A stretch of 64,000 nt of DNA from Acidimicrobiaceae bacterium (lineage in GTDB: Bacteria > Actinomycetota > Acidimicrobiia > Acidimicrobiales > Ilumatobacteraceae): positions 3,437-67,436 of the forward strand of contig JADKGZ010000018.1 in the NCBI GenBank assembly GCA_016722025.1. The letters are read 5' to 3'. Positions 27,438 through 36,715 of the stretch are shown here, in pieces. Under the pieces are notes generated by a model that was given only the letters and a program-made list of their open reading frames with translations, had not been told where the DNA came from and did not search any database. Each line of letters starts with the position of its first letter. The stretch's first letter is position 1. The translations under genes and the position numbers were made by a program.

Positions 27438-27476
27438 CCAGTTTTGTGTCAAGACCCGGAACTCACAGGCCCAGGT
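27438..27476 (-). repeat. conserved 39-nt intergenic element, copy A (upstream of upp)
   Basis: CCAGTTTTGTGTCAAGACCCGGAACTCACAGGCCCAGGT, about 33/39 identical to 52227-52264. The minus strand contains TCTTGACAC. Confidence 0.7.
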
Positions 27477-27516
27477 CAGCCCCCGACAGCCTTTACGCAG
27501 AAGTGGGTCGGTGGGG

Positions 27517-28572
27517 TCAGAGGGCGCCGGCGCGGGCCATTGCGTAGCGAGGCTTGATGATGCCGTTGATGATCTTCAGCCGGTCGGGGAAGGGGGCGAA
27601 CGCGCTCTTCATGCCGTTGATCGTGATCCACTCGAAGTCGTCGATTCCCCAGCCGAAGGCGTCGCGCAGTTGCTCCATCTCGTAGCTCATCGACGTGGCG
27701 CTCATCAACCGGTTGTCGGTGTTGAGCGTGACCCGGAAGCGCAAGCGGCGCAGCATGCCGATGGGGTGTTCGGCCACGCTGGCGCAGATGCCGGTGCCCA
27801 CGTTGCTGGTGGGGCACAGCTCGAGCGGGATGCGGCGGTCGCGCACGAAGGTGGCGAGACGGCCCAGCTGCTCCTCGCCCTCGGGCCCGGTGATGTCGTC
27901 GATGATGCGCACACCGTGGCCCAAGCGCTCGGCGCCGCAGAACTGCACGGCCTCCCAGATGCTGGGGAGACCGAAGGCCTCGCCGGCATGAATGGTGATG
28001 TGGAAGTTCTCGCGCCGCACGTACTCGAAGGCGCCCAGGTGGCGTGTGGGCGGGTAGCCCGCCTCGGCGCCGGCGATGTCGAAGCCCACGCAGCCGGCAT
28101 CGCGCCAACGCACCGCCAGCTCGGCGATCTCGGTGCTGCGTGCAGCGGTGCGCATGGCGGAGCAGATGAGATAGATGGTGAGGTCGGTGCCGGCCGCCAG
28201 GCGGAAGCCGTCGAGGATGGCCTCGACCACCTCGTCGAGCGTGAGACCCTTCTCGGTGCACAGCTCGGGTGCCATCCGCACCTCCGCGTACACGACGCCG
28301 TCGGCGGCGAGGTCGACCGCGCACTCGTAGCTGACCCGCTCGATCGCGTCGCGGTGCTGCATCACGCCGACGGTGTGCGCGAAGGTCTCCAGGTACAGCA
28401 CCAGGTCGTTGCGCTTGGCGCCGCGGTTGAACCACGAGGCCAGCTCGGCCTCGTCGTGCGAGGGCAGGTTCTTGTAGCCGTACTCGTCGGCCAGTTCGAT
28501 CACCGTGCGGGGCCGCAACCCACCATCGAGGTGGTCGTGCAGCAGCACCTTGGGCAGCGTCGTGATGTTCAT
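27517..28572 (-). CDS. add: adenosine deaminase
   Basis: LHDHLDG metal motif, TIHAGE, and the CPTSN...T...NTDN pattern. Confidence 0.9.
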   Translation of the reverse strand: MNITTLPKVLLHDHLDGGLRPRTVIELADEYGYKNLPSHDEAELASWFNRGAKRNDLVLYLETFAHTVGVMQHRDAIERVSYECAVDLAADGVVYAEVRMAPELCTEKGLTLDEVVEAILDGFRLAAGTDLTIYLICSAMRTAARSTEIAELAVRWRDAGCVGFDIAGAEAGYPPTRHLGAFEYVRRENFHITIHAGEAFGLPSIWEAVQFCGAERLGHGVRIIDDITGPEGEEQLGRLATFVRDRRIPLELCPTSNVGTGICASVAEHPIGMLRRLRFRVTLNTDNRLMSATSMSYEMEQLRDAFGWGIDDFEWITINGMKSAFAPFPDRLKIINGIIKPRYAMARAGAL

Positions 28573-28629
28573 GCGGTCACCATCGTCTCAGCGTAGGCGG
28601 CTGCCCGCAGCACCCCTACCCTGTCGGCC

Positions 28630-29016
28630 ATGGAACAGCCAGCGCCCGCCCTCACCATCCTGGGCAGCACCGTTCGTCACGCCGTCGAGCACGTAGAGGT
28701 GTTCCCCGCGCCGGCCAACGTCACCACGGTTCGGTTCACCAACGACGAGCTCGCGTCGATGTGCCCCGTCACCCAGCAGCCCGACCTGTCCACCGTGGTC
28801 ATCGAGTACGTGCCCGGCCAGTGGTGCATCGAGAGCAAGAGCCTCAAGCTGTACCTGTGGGGGTTTCGCGATCGGGCCGTGTTCGCCGAAGCGATGGCGG
28901 CCGAGATCGCCGGTGAGGTGATGCTGTCGGCGCAGCCGCGGCACGTGCGGGTCACCCTCACCCAGCGCCCTCGCGGCGGCATCGAAGTGCAGGCTGTCGC
29001 CCAGTTCGGCGGCTGA
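28630..29016 (+). CDS. queF: NADPH-dependent 7-cyano-7-deazaguanine (preQ0) reductase, unimodular type
   Basis: Catalytic Cys in MCPVTQQPD and the QueF motif ESKSLKLYLWGFR. Confidence 0.9.
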   Translation: MEQPAPALTILGSTVRHAVEHVEVFPAPANVTTVRFTNDELASMCPVTQQPDLSTVVIEYVPGQWCIESKSLKLYLWGFRDRAVFAEAMAAEIAGEVMLSAQPRHVRVTLTQRPRGGIEVQAVAQFGG

Positions 29017-29027
29017 CGCCGGCCCGG

Positions 29028-30212
29028 CTACGACCGCGACCGGAGCGCTCCCGAGGCGCGCAGGTTGGCCACTCCGTCGGGCGTGTAGCCCAACTCGGCG
29101 AGCACCTCCTCGCCGTGCTCCCCGATGAGCGCTGCCTGCCGACGCACGCCCGCGGGGGTGCTGTCGAAGACGACAGGCGACGGGATCACGTGGTAGCTGC
29201 CCGCATGCGAGTGCTCGGCGACCGGATACCCGGCCACCAGCTCGTCGAGGTTCACGATCGGACTGCACGGGATGTCGTGCTCGTCACAGAACTCGAGCCA
29301 CGAGGCGGTGCTGCGCGTGCGGACGATCTCGGCGACCGCCGCGTACAGCACCTCCACGTTCGCCGAGCGGCTGGCCCGGTTCTCCAGGACGGGGTCGGCG
29401 GCGAGGTCGTCGCGCCCTCCCAGGCGGAACAGGTCGACGTAGTTGTCGCGGCTGTAGGGGAGCATGTGGATCCAGCCGTCGGCGGTGCGTTGCGGCCCGC
29501 GGTCGGCGGACAGCACCCGTCGGTAGCCGGTGCTGCCCAGCGGCGGCTCCGGAATCGCGTCGGCGCCGTGCTCGACGAGCATGAAGGCCTGCATCGTGGG
29601 CACCATCGGCACCTCCACCCGCTGCCCCTCGCCGGTTCGGTCGCGATGGTGCAGTGCCGCCAGCACCGCGTAGACGATCGTGATGCCGCTGACCTTGTCG
29701 GCGATGATCGACGGGACGATGCGCGGCTCGCCCCCTTGCTGCTCGTAGAGGTGGGCGACTCCGGCTGCCGACTGCACCACGTCGTCGTACGCAGGCCGGT
29801 CGCCCGCGGCGGAGTCGGTGGGCCAGCCCTGCGCCTGGCAGTAGATGATGTCAGGCTTGCGCGTGGCGACATCGGGGTAGGCGAGGCGGAGGCGCCCCAG
29901 TGGGCCCGGGCGCAGGTTGGTGACGAGGATGTCGCTGTGTTCGGCCAGGCGCAGGCAGGCCTCGCGGCCGTCGGGGTGCTTGAGATCGAGCGAGATGTTG
30001 CGCTTGTTGCGCAGCAGGTTCAACGCGGTGCCGGAGAGCTGCGGGTGTCGGCCCTGCCCCATGAACCGGTTGGTGTCGCCGCCGATGTCCTCGACCGTGA
30101 TCACGTCGGCGCCGAGGTCACCCAGGATCTGCGTGGCCAGCGGCCCCATCACCACGGAGGTGAGATCGAGCACGCGCACGTCCGAGAGCGGGCCGCCCGC
30201 GGCTGATGTCAT
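29028..30212 (-). CDS. family III CoA-transferase (CaiB/BaiF)
   Basis: PLSDVRVLDLTSVVMGPLATQILGDLGADVI N-terminus is typical of the family. Confidence 0.85.
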   Translation of the reverse strand: MTSAAGGPLSDVRVLDLTSVVMGPLATQILGDLGADVITVEDIGGDTNRFMGQGRHPQLSGTALNLLRNKRNISLDLKHPDGREACLRLAEHSDILVTNLRPGPLGRLRLAYPDVATRKPDIIYCQAQGWPTDSAAGDRPAYDDVVQSAAGVAHLYEQQGGEPRIVPSIIADKVSGITIVYAVLAALHHRDRTGEGQRVEVPMVPTMQAFMLVEHGADAIPEPPLGSTGYRRVLSADRGPQRTADGWIHMLPYSRDNYVDLFRLGGRDDLAADPVLENRASRSANVEVLYAAVAEIVRTRSTASWLEFCDEHDIPCSPIVNLDELVAGYPVAEHSHAGSYHVIPSPVVFDSTPAGVRRQAALIGEHGEEVLAELGYTPDGVANLRASGALRSRS

Positions 30213-30221
30213 CTCGGTGCG

Positions 30222-31529
30222 CTAGTGGCTCTCGCCGCTGCGGTACGGCAGGCCGGCATGCGCCGGTGGGCGCAGGCGTTGGCTGGCAGTGGCCAGCACG
30301 ATCAAGGTGAGCAGGTAGGGGGCTGCTTTGGTGAGCGGCTCGGGCACCTCGTCGATGGTGAAGTAGCCGATCAGCAGCACCGCCGCCGCGAGTGCGCCGT
30401 TGATGGCCGGAACCACCTTCTTCTGCACCATCGACACGATGGCCGCAAGTGCGCCGACCGATGCCAGGAAGAGGAACAACTTGGGCAGGCTCTCCGGGCC
30501 GACCAGCTGCAGTGCCTCTGCGAAACCGAACAGTGCCGCGCCACCGAGCACCCCGGTGGGGCGCCAGTTGCCGAAGATGGTGGTGGCCAACCCGACGAAG
30601 CCACGGCTCGCGGTTTGACCCTGCTGGTAGTAGTTGGACATCACGATCGACAGGAAGCCGCCACCGAGGCCCGCCAGGCCACCGCTGATGGCCAACGCGA
30701 GGTAGCGCAGCGGCGTGACCTTCACGCCCAGGGTCTCCGCTGCTGCCGGCGCCTCGCCGGAGGACCGCACTCGCAAGCCGAAGCGCGTGCGCCACAGCAC
30801 CCACGCCGACAGCGGCACCATCAGCAAGGCGATGACGCTGGCCCACGAGACGTTGAACACCAGGCCGCGCAGCACGCCCGCGATGTCGGGTAGCAGGAAG
30901 AACGGCTTCTTCTCCAGCCAGCCGAGCATGTCGGGACTCTTCCACCCACCGATCTGGCCGCCGGAAAGGAACGGCATGTTGATGCGCGGGATGGCCCCCT
31001 TCTGCTGGGGTGACTTGCTGATGCCGCCGCCGGTGTCGGGGGTGTACACCAGCTCGCTCAGGTAGCGCATCGCTCCGAACGCGAAGAGGTTGATGGCGAC
31101 ACCGGAGATGACGTGGTTGACGTTGAACCGCACCACGGCGAAGGCATGGATGAGGCCCCCGACGCAGCCGGCGAGCACGGCCAGCAGCAACCCGACCCAA
31201 GGGCCGTACTTCCACGCACCCCAGCCGCCGAACCAGGTGCCGAGGATCATCATGCCCTCGATGCCGATGTTGACAATGCCCACGCGTTCGGCCCACAGGC
31301 CCGCCAGACCAGCGAGCAGGATGGGCGTGGTGACCCGCAAGGTGGTGCTCATCGTGCCCGACGACGTGAGGTCGTCGCCGTCGGTGATCATGCGAGTGAG
31401 CGAGAGCAGCGTGAACAGCACGCCGCCCACCACCATCACTCGTGCGGCCGACGGCTTGGCGAGCAGCGCCATCCACTTTGAACTCGTCGGTTCAGAAGCC
31501 GAGGTGCCGGTGAGCTCGGTGGTGGTCAT
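30222..31529 (-). CDS. ABC transporter permease (BMP/nucleoside uptake system)
   Basis: Multi-TM permease. 4-nt overlap with the upstream permease. Confidence 0.85.
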   Translation of the reverse strand: MTTTELTGTSASEPTSSKWMALLAKPSAARVMVVGGVLFTLLSLTRMITDGDDLTSSGTMSTTLRVTTPILLAGLAGLWAERVGIVNIGIEGMMILGTWFGGWGAWKYGPWVGLLLAVLAGCVGGLIHAFAVVRFNVNHVISGVAINLFAFGAMRYLSELVYTPDTGGGISKSPQQKGAIPRINMPFLSGGQIGGWKSPDMLGWLEKKPFFLLPDIAGVLRGLVFNVSWASVIALLMVPLSAWVLWRTRFGLRVRSSGEAPAAAETLGVKVTPLRYLALAISGGLAGLGGGFLSIVMSNYYQQGQTASRGFVGLATTIFGNWRPTGVLGGAALFGFAEALQLVGPESLPKLFLFLASVGALAAIVSMVQKKVVPAINGALAAAVLLIGYFTIDEVPEPLTKAAPYLLTLIVLATASQRLRPPAHAGLPYRSGESH

Positions 31530-32704
31530 GCCGTCACCGCCACCGGGGCGGCGAGCTGGGCGGCAGTTCGGTCAGCCGTGCGCTTCGCCATCTTCCGGTT
31601 CACCACTTCGTTCACGATCACGACTGTGATCAAGATGATGGCCTTGATGACCAGGATGATCGACTGCGGGATCTTGGCGATCTGCAGCGGCCCGGCCGTG
31701 GCATCGAGGAAACCCCACAGCAGCGCCGAGATGATGATGCCCGCTGGGTGGTTGCGGCCCAGGAGTGCCACCGCGATGCCGTTGAAGCCGTAGCCGTCGG
31801 GTCGGGTGGGGCCATAGGAGTGAGTGGTGCCCAGCAGCGCTGGCAAGCCCGCCAAACCGGCCACGCCGCCGGAGAGCAGCATGGCGGTGAGGATCATCCG
31901 GTTCGAGCTGATGCCGGCGGTGCGAGCGGCCACCGCGTTGCCGCCGGACGCTCGCAGACGGAACCCGAACTGGCTCTTGTAGATCAGCAGCCAGAACGCG
32001 ACCACGACCAGCAGGGCAATCAGCACGAACGATGTGACGTCGGTGCTCACCGACCCGCCGCCGTCGGTCTTGGACGTGACGGTGAACAGCGTCGGCATCC
32101 ATGCGGACGTGGGCAGCGGCTTCGTACGCACGTCGAGGTTGCCCGGGTTCTCGTAGCGGAAGAAGTCGTTGAACAGCCAGTCGATCAAGGCCAGCGCGAT
32201 CGAGTTGAGCATGATCGTCGCGATCACCTCGTTGACGCCTCGCTTCACTCGCAGCAACCCTGCGATGCCGGCCCAGATGGCGCCGGCGATGATGCCGATC
32301 AGGAGACAGAAGGTGACGTGCAGCACCGGTGGCAGCTCGACGTAGGCGCCGGCCACTCCTGCCCAGAACATGCCCATCAGGAACTGACCTTCGACACCGA
32401 TGTTGAAGAGGTTCATCTTGAACCCGATGGCCACTGCCACGGCGGCGATGATCAGCGGGGTTGCGCGCTGCACGGCCTCGGCCAGCTTGTACGGCTGTGT
32501 GCCGCTGCTCACCATCTTGGAGAACGCTTCGACCGGGTCCTTGCCGGTGACCAGCAGCACCAGGCCGCCGATCAGCATGGCCAGCACCACTGCGGCAGCA
32601 GAGCTGGCAAGGGTGACCAGCACGGATTGGCCGCTGCGAGGACGACCGATGCGGCTGAAGAAGCCGGCCATCCCTTCGGCCGACGTGGAGACGGGTGTGT
32701 TCAC
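31526..32704 (-). CDS. ABC transporter permease (BMP/nucleoside uptake system)
   Basis: Multi-TM permease. 4-nt overlaps on both sides. Confidence 0.85.
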   Translation of the reverse strand: MNTPVSTSAEGMAGFFSRIGRPRSGQSVLVTLASSAAAVVLAMLIGGLVLLVTGKDPVEAFSKMVSSGTQPYKLAEAVQRATPLIIAAVAVAIGFKMNLFNIGVEGQFLMGMFWAGVAGAYVELPPVLHVTFCLLIGIIAGAIWAGIAGLLRVKRGVNEVIATIMLNSIALALIDWLFNDFFRYENPGNLDVRTKPLPTSAWMPTLFTVTSKTDGGGSVSTDVTSFVLIALLVVVAFWLLIYKSQFGFRLRASGGNAVAARTAGISSNRMILTAMLLSGGVAGLAGLPALLGTTHSYGPTRPDGYGFNGIAVALLGRNHPAGIIISALLWGFLDATAGPLQIAKIPQSIILVIKAIILITVVIVNEVVNRKMAKRTADRTAAQLAAPVAVTA

Positions 32705-34233
32705 GATGCCACCTCCTGGAGGCCACCGGTCATGTACGTGCCGAGCAGCTCAGGGGTTGCGTCGCCCGGGGTGAGGCGAGCATTGATGCGCCCGTCGAAC
32801 ATCACCACGATGTTGTCGGAGAGGCCGATCAGCTCCTCCAGGTCGGCGGAGATGAGCAGCACCGCCAGGCCTTGGTCGCGGGCAACGCGGAGCTTGTCCC
32901 AGATGGCGGCTTGCGCGCCGATGTCGACGCCCCGAGTCGGGTGAGCGGCGATCAGCACCTGCGGGTCGCTGGACAGCTCGCGACCGACGAGCAGCTTCTG
33001 CTGGTTGCCGCCGGAGAGCGCATAGGCAGGCACGACCTCGCTGGGAGTGCGGACATCGAACTGCTCGATGATGTCGCGGCAATCGGCCCGAGTGGCGGCG
33101 CCGTCGATGAACGGACCCTTGAGGAACTCAGGATTCGCGTCGCGACCGAGCAGCGTGTTCTCCCAGAGCGGGAACTCGAGCAGCAAGCCTTCGCGATGGC
33201 GGTCGAACGGGATGTAGGACAGCCCGTTCACCAGTCGGTCGTGCGCGCTGGCGCCGGTGACGTCGGCGCCGCCGATGTGGACCGACCCGGCGCTGGGCTT
33301 CACCTGACCGAGGATGGCTTCACAGAGCTCGAACTGGCCGTTGCCCTCCACGCCGGCGACACCGAGCACCTCGCCGCGTCGGATGACGAACGAGACGTCG
33401 TCGACCAGCGGCTTGTGGCCTGGGCCGGTGACCGTGAGCGACTTCACCTCCAGTTGCACCTCCGTGCCCACCTCAGTGGTGCGGCCGTGCGGTGACGGCA
33501 GCTCGCTGCCCACCATCAGCTCGGCCAGCTGACCACGAGTGACGTCGGCCGGCTTCACTTCGGCGACCGTCGTGCCGGCACGGATGACGGTGATGTCGTC
33601 GGAGACGGTGAGCACTTCGTCGAGCTTGTGGGAGATGAAGATGATCGTGGCGCCGTCGGCCACCAGTCGGTGCAGGTTGCCGAACAGCTCTTCCACTTCC
33701 TGAGGCACCAGCACCGCAGTGGGCTCGTCGAGGATGAGGATCTTGGCGCCCCGGAACAGCACCTTGAGGATCTCCACTCGTTGGCGCTGGCCGACCCCGA
33801 GGTCGGACACGGTTGCTTCGAGATCGACGTGGGTGCCGGACTGCGCCATGATGGCCTGCAGCGTGCGCCGGGCGTCGTCGTACTTGATGACACCGCCCGC
33901 CACCGGCTCGGCCCCGAGCACGATGTTCTCCAAGACGGTGAGGTTGTCGGCGAGCATGAAGTGCTGGTGCACCATGCCGATGCCGGCAGCGATCGCATCG
34001 CTCGGCGAGCGAAAGGTGATCGGCTGATCGAAGACCGAGATGGTGCCGGCCTCGGGCTGGTGCATGCCGTACAGGGTCTTCATCAACGTCGACTTGCCGG
34101 CGCCGTTCTCGCCCACGATTGCGTGGATGGTGCGCGCCCGAACGTTGAGGTTGACGTCGTGGTTGGCGATCACACCGGGGAATCGCTTCTCGATCCCCGC
34201 GAGCTGCACCGCCAGCGTCTCGTTGCCCATCAT
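32701..34233 (-). CDS. ABC transporter ATP-binding protein with duplicated ATPase domains
   Basis: Walker A GENGAGKST, signature LSGGNQQK, and two nucleotide-binding halves. Confidence 0.9.
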   Translation of the reverse strand: MMGNETLAVQLAGIEKRFPGVIANHDVNLNVRARTIHAIVGENGAGKSTLMKTLYGMHQPEAGTISVFDQPITFRSPSDAIAAGIGMVHQHFMLADNLTVLENIVLGAEPVAGGVIKYDDARRTLQAIMAQSGTHVDLEATVSDLGVGQRQRVEILKVLFRGAKILILDEPTAVLVPQEVEELFGNLHRLVADGATIIFISHKLDEVLTVSDDITVIRAGTTVAEVKPADVTRGQLAELMVGSELPSPHGRTTEVGTEVQLEVKSLTVTGPGHKPLVDDVSFVIRRGEVLGVAGVEGNGQFELCEAILGQVKPSAGSVHIGGADVTGASAHDRLVNGLSYIPFDRHREGLLLEFPLWENTLLGRDANPEFLKGPFIDGAATRADCRDIIEQFDVRTPSEVVPAYALSGGNQQKLLVGRELSSDPQVLIAAHPTRGVDIGAQAAIWDKLRVARDQGLAVLLISADLEELIGLSDNIVVMFDGRINARLTPGDATPELLGTYMTGGLQEVAS

Positions 34234-34270
34234 CCCCCTCGTACGTTTCGTTCAGGTGCCGTTATAGCAG

Positions 34271-34298
34271 AGAGCCCGGGGGCGCACCCCCGGGCTCT
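34271..34298 (-). terminator. intercistronic 12-bp perfect stem-loop between the substrate-binding protein and ATPase genes
   Basis: agagcccggggg cgca cccccgggctct. Confidence 0.5.
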
Positions 34299-34330
34299 CG
34301 ACTTGCTAATGGTGACTGATCTGTGTCAGA

Positions 34331-35410
34331 TCAGGGTGCGGTCGGAACCACGATCGTGCCGGCAACGATGTCGGCCTTGATCTGCTCCAACTGATCCTTC
34401 ACGTCGTCGAGGTAGCCACCCGAGGTGGAGTAGCCCACGCCGTCGACCTTGAGGTCGTAGGTGGCGAAGCCACCGGCGAGGGTGCCGTCCTGAGCGGCCT
34501 TGACGGTCTCGAACACGGCGACGTCGACGCGCTTGAGCATCGAGGTGAGGATGTGTGCCTGCTGCTCGGGAGTGGCGGTGGCCCACTGGTCACTGTCCAC
34601 GCCGATGGCCCACTTGCCGCTCTCGACAGCGGCGGCGATGGTGCCGTTACCAGAACCACCAGCGGCCGTGTAGACCACGTCGGCGCCATCGGCGTACCAG
34701 CCGTTGGCGATCTCCTTGGCCTTGTCGGGCGAGTTCCAGGCGTTGTTGTCGCCGGCAGCACCGAGGTACTGCACGTTGACCACGATGTCGGGGTTGATGT
34801 ACTTCGCCCCGGCCGTGTAACCAGCCTCGAACTTCTTGATGAGGTCGATCTCCTGGCCGCCGATGAAGCCGATGATGCCGCTCTCGCTCTTCAGTGCCGC
34901 GGCGGCACCGACGAGGAACGAACCTTCGTGCTCGGCGAAGCCGAGGAAGAGGACGTTGGGGGTGGCGTTCTCGTAGAAGCCGTCGACGTTGGCGTAGATG
35001 GTGCCGGGGTTGGCGGCAGCGACTTCCGCAAGGCCTTCACCGAAGGCGAAACCGACCGCGATGATCGGGTTGTTGCCGTTGGCAGTGAGGGTCTCGAGGT
35101 TGGGCTTGCGGTCTTCCGCAGTGGTGGCTTCGAGCTCGTCGACGGTGACGCCGAGCTCGGAGGTGGCCAGGTCGGCGCCGGCAGCTGCCGAGTCGTTGAA
35201 CGTGCCGTCGCCACGGCCACCGGTGTCGAATGCCAGACCGACCTTGATGTCAGTGGCAGGTGCGGTGGTGTCGCCGGTCGTTTCGCCCGGTGCAGTCGTG
35301 TCGGCGGGTGCCTTCGTGTCGCTGCTCTCGGAATCGGAGCCGCATGATGCAGCCACGAGACCAAACGCCGCAACGAGGGCAATAGCAGCGAAATGCTTGC
35401 TCTTGCGCAT
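34331..35410 (-). CDS. BMP-family (PnrA/Med-like) ABC substrate-binding lipoprotein
   Basis: MRKSKHFAAIALVAAFGLVAASCGS lipobox. GGGGGAG RBS. BMP-like body. Confidence 0.85.
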   Translation of the reverse strand: MRKSKHFAAIALVAAFGLVAASCGSDSESSDTKAPADTTAPGETTGDTTAPATDIKVGLAFDTGGRGDGTFNDSAAAGADLATSELGVTVDELEATTAEDRKPNLETLTANGNNPIIAVGFAFGEGLAEVAAANPGTIYANVDGFYENATPNVLFLGFAEHEGSFLVGAAAALKSESGIIGFIGGQEIDLIKKFEAGYTAGAKYINPDIVVNVQYLGAAGDNNAWNSPDKAKEIANGWYADGADVVYTAAGGSGNGTIAAAVESGKWAIGVDSDQWATATPEQQAHILTSMLKRVDVAVFETVKAAQDGTLAGGFATYDLKVDGVGYSTSGGYLDDVKDQLEQIKADIVAGTIVVPTAP

Positions 35411-35531
35411 GTTGTCTCCCCCTTGGAGTGTTGGAGTTGGTGGATGAACTATCCGCTCCAAAGCGTAGCCGTGATGGAGGCTCGTGCTCCATTGCCTGCG
35501 GGATCGTTCTCCTGCTCGTAACCTTGTCCCG

Positions 35532-35802
35532 ATGTCGATGTCACAGGGGCACCGAGCCGCCCCGGCGGGCCGCGGGCGGGCGAGCCAGCGCACCTACATG
35601 GTGCGCCGCCTTGTCGCCCTCGCGTTCGTGGTCGCGCTGGGTTGGGGTCTCGTCAGCGTCATCGCCACCGTCTTCGGCGACGGCGACCCGCAGCAGGCGG
35701 CGGCTGTGCAGCCCACCATCATCACGGTGGTCAACGACGGTCAACCCACCACGGTGCCGGTCATCACCTCGCCGCCCACGGTCGTCACGGAACCGCCGGT
35801 GA
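35532..35802 (+). CDS. N-terminal membrane-anchor/linker fragment, probably the detached 5' part of the downstream DUF459 gene
   Basis: Basic N-terminus, TM VRRLVALAFVVALGWGLVSVIATVF, and a Pro/Thr/Val linker. The frame then runs on as nonsense to 36218. Confidence 0.45.
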
Positions 35803-35814
35803 AGGGAGCGCACG

Positions 35815-36498
35815 GTGCCGTCGGCGGAGAACCCCGCCGAACTGCTCATCCTCGGCGACTCCGACGCGGGCAGCTTCGGCCCGTACCTGCAGACCCTGCT
35901 CGACGCCACCGGCATGGTCACCACCGCGCTCGACTACAAGACATCGTCCGGTCTGGCTCGTCCCGACTTCTTCGATTGGCCGTCATACATGCGCCAGATC
36001 GTGCCGGCGGCCAACCCCGACATCGTCGTGGTCACGTTCGGCGGCAACGATGCGCAGGGTCTGCGCAACCTCGACAAGTCGTGGGCGGTGAACCACGAGC
36101 CGGCATCGGGCGTCGACGACGCCGACTGGCGAACCGAGTACGGCGCCCGCGTCGGTGCAGCCATGGACTACCTCAGCGACGGGAACCGCACGCTGATCTG
36201 GGTGGGCATCCCCAATGACGACAACCCCGACGTGACCGCACGTATGAAGGTGCAGGACGAAGTGGTGCGCGCGGAGGTGGCGAAGCGTCCGAACGTGGTG
36301 TTCGTCGACACCTGGGCGCGCTTCAGCGGTCGCAACGTGGGCTGGGCCGAGTTCGTGGTCGATCCGCGCGACGGCGAGGGCAAGGACGTGCGCGCCGACG
36401 ACGGGTTCCACCTCAACCAGACCGGCGCCGAGATCCTGGCCATCGACATCGCTGCCGCCGTCACCGCCGACCTCCGGGCCCGCGGCGCCACCATCTGA
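35815..36498 (+). CDS. SGNH hydrolase, DUF459-type
   Basis: LILGDSDAGSFG (block I), FGGNDAQG (block III), DGFHLN (block V). GTG 35815 follows AAGGGAG. Confidence 0.8.
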   Translation: MPSAENPAELLILGDSDAGSFGPYLQTLLDATGMVTTALDYKTSSGLARPDFFDWPSYMRQIVPAANPDIVVVTFGGNDAQGLRNLDKSWAVNHEPASGVDDADWRTEYGARVGAAMDYLSDGNRTLIWVGIPNDDNPDVTARMKVQDEVVRAEVAKRPNVVFVDTWARFSGRNVGWAEFVVDPRDGEGKDVRADDGFHLNQTGAEILAIDIAAAVTADLRARGATI

Positions 36499-36575
36499 GC
36501 CAGTCACCCGCCAGCGTCACCCGCTCTCGCTCACCGCCCGCGGCCCGCCGCCGCGGTTCGTACAGGTCATTGCGT

Positions 36576-36638
36576 GCGCAACTGGGGAGCACCGGAAGCC
36601 TACGTAGCGAACCGGGGAGACCCATTTGCGTCTGCAAC
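36576..36638 (+). repeat. 63-nt direct repeat, left copy, flanking the DUF559 gene
   Basis: About 78 percent identical to 37535-37597 by hand alignment. Contains ACTGGGGAGC...CTACGTAG...ACCGGGGAGA. Confidence 0.7.
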
Positions 36639-36715
36639 TACACGGGGCCGGCGGTCGAGTCGTGATGTCACTGTGCTGTGAGGAGGGCTGTGAGTCGGCT
36701 GCGTTGGATGGACGC

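Noticed and set aside
27438-27476. Reading the 38-nt element as a CRP/GlxR site (TGTGA-N6-TCACA)
   Set aside because: The TGTG and CACA arms are separated by about 13-14 nt, not 6, and the inner arms are mirror rather than inverted repeats.
28573-28629. preQ1 riboswitch upstream of queF
   Set aside because: The spacer is only 57 nt and shared with the divergent add gene. There is no A-rich tail or the conserved preQ1-I/II hairpin features.
35411-35531. Purine/nucleoside riboswitch in the leader of the BMP transporter operon
   Set aside because: The leader contains small hairpins (ATGGAG...CTCCAT, CGCT...AGCG) but none of the conserved purine-riboswitch loop or junction sequences I know.
36576-36638. 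The 63-nt repeat as a tRNA fragment (att site) or 6C-type small RNA
   Set aside because: There is no T-loop (GGTTCGAAT) or acceptor-like features. The C-rich runs on the reverse strand are only four C long and lack the paired-hairpin layout of 6C RNA. The origin is left unresolved.
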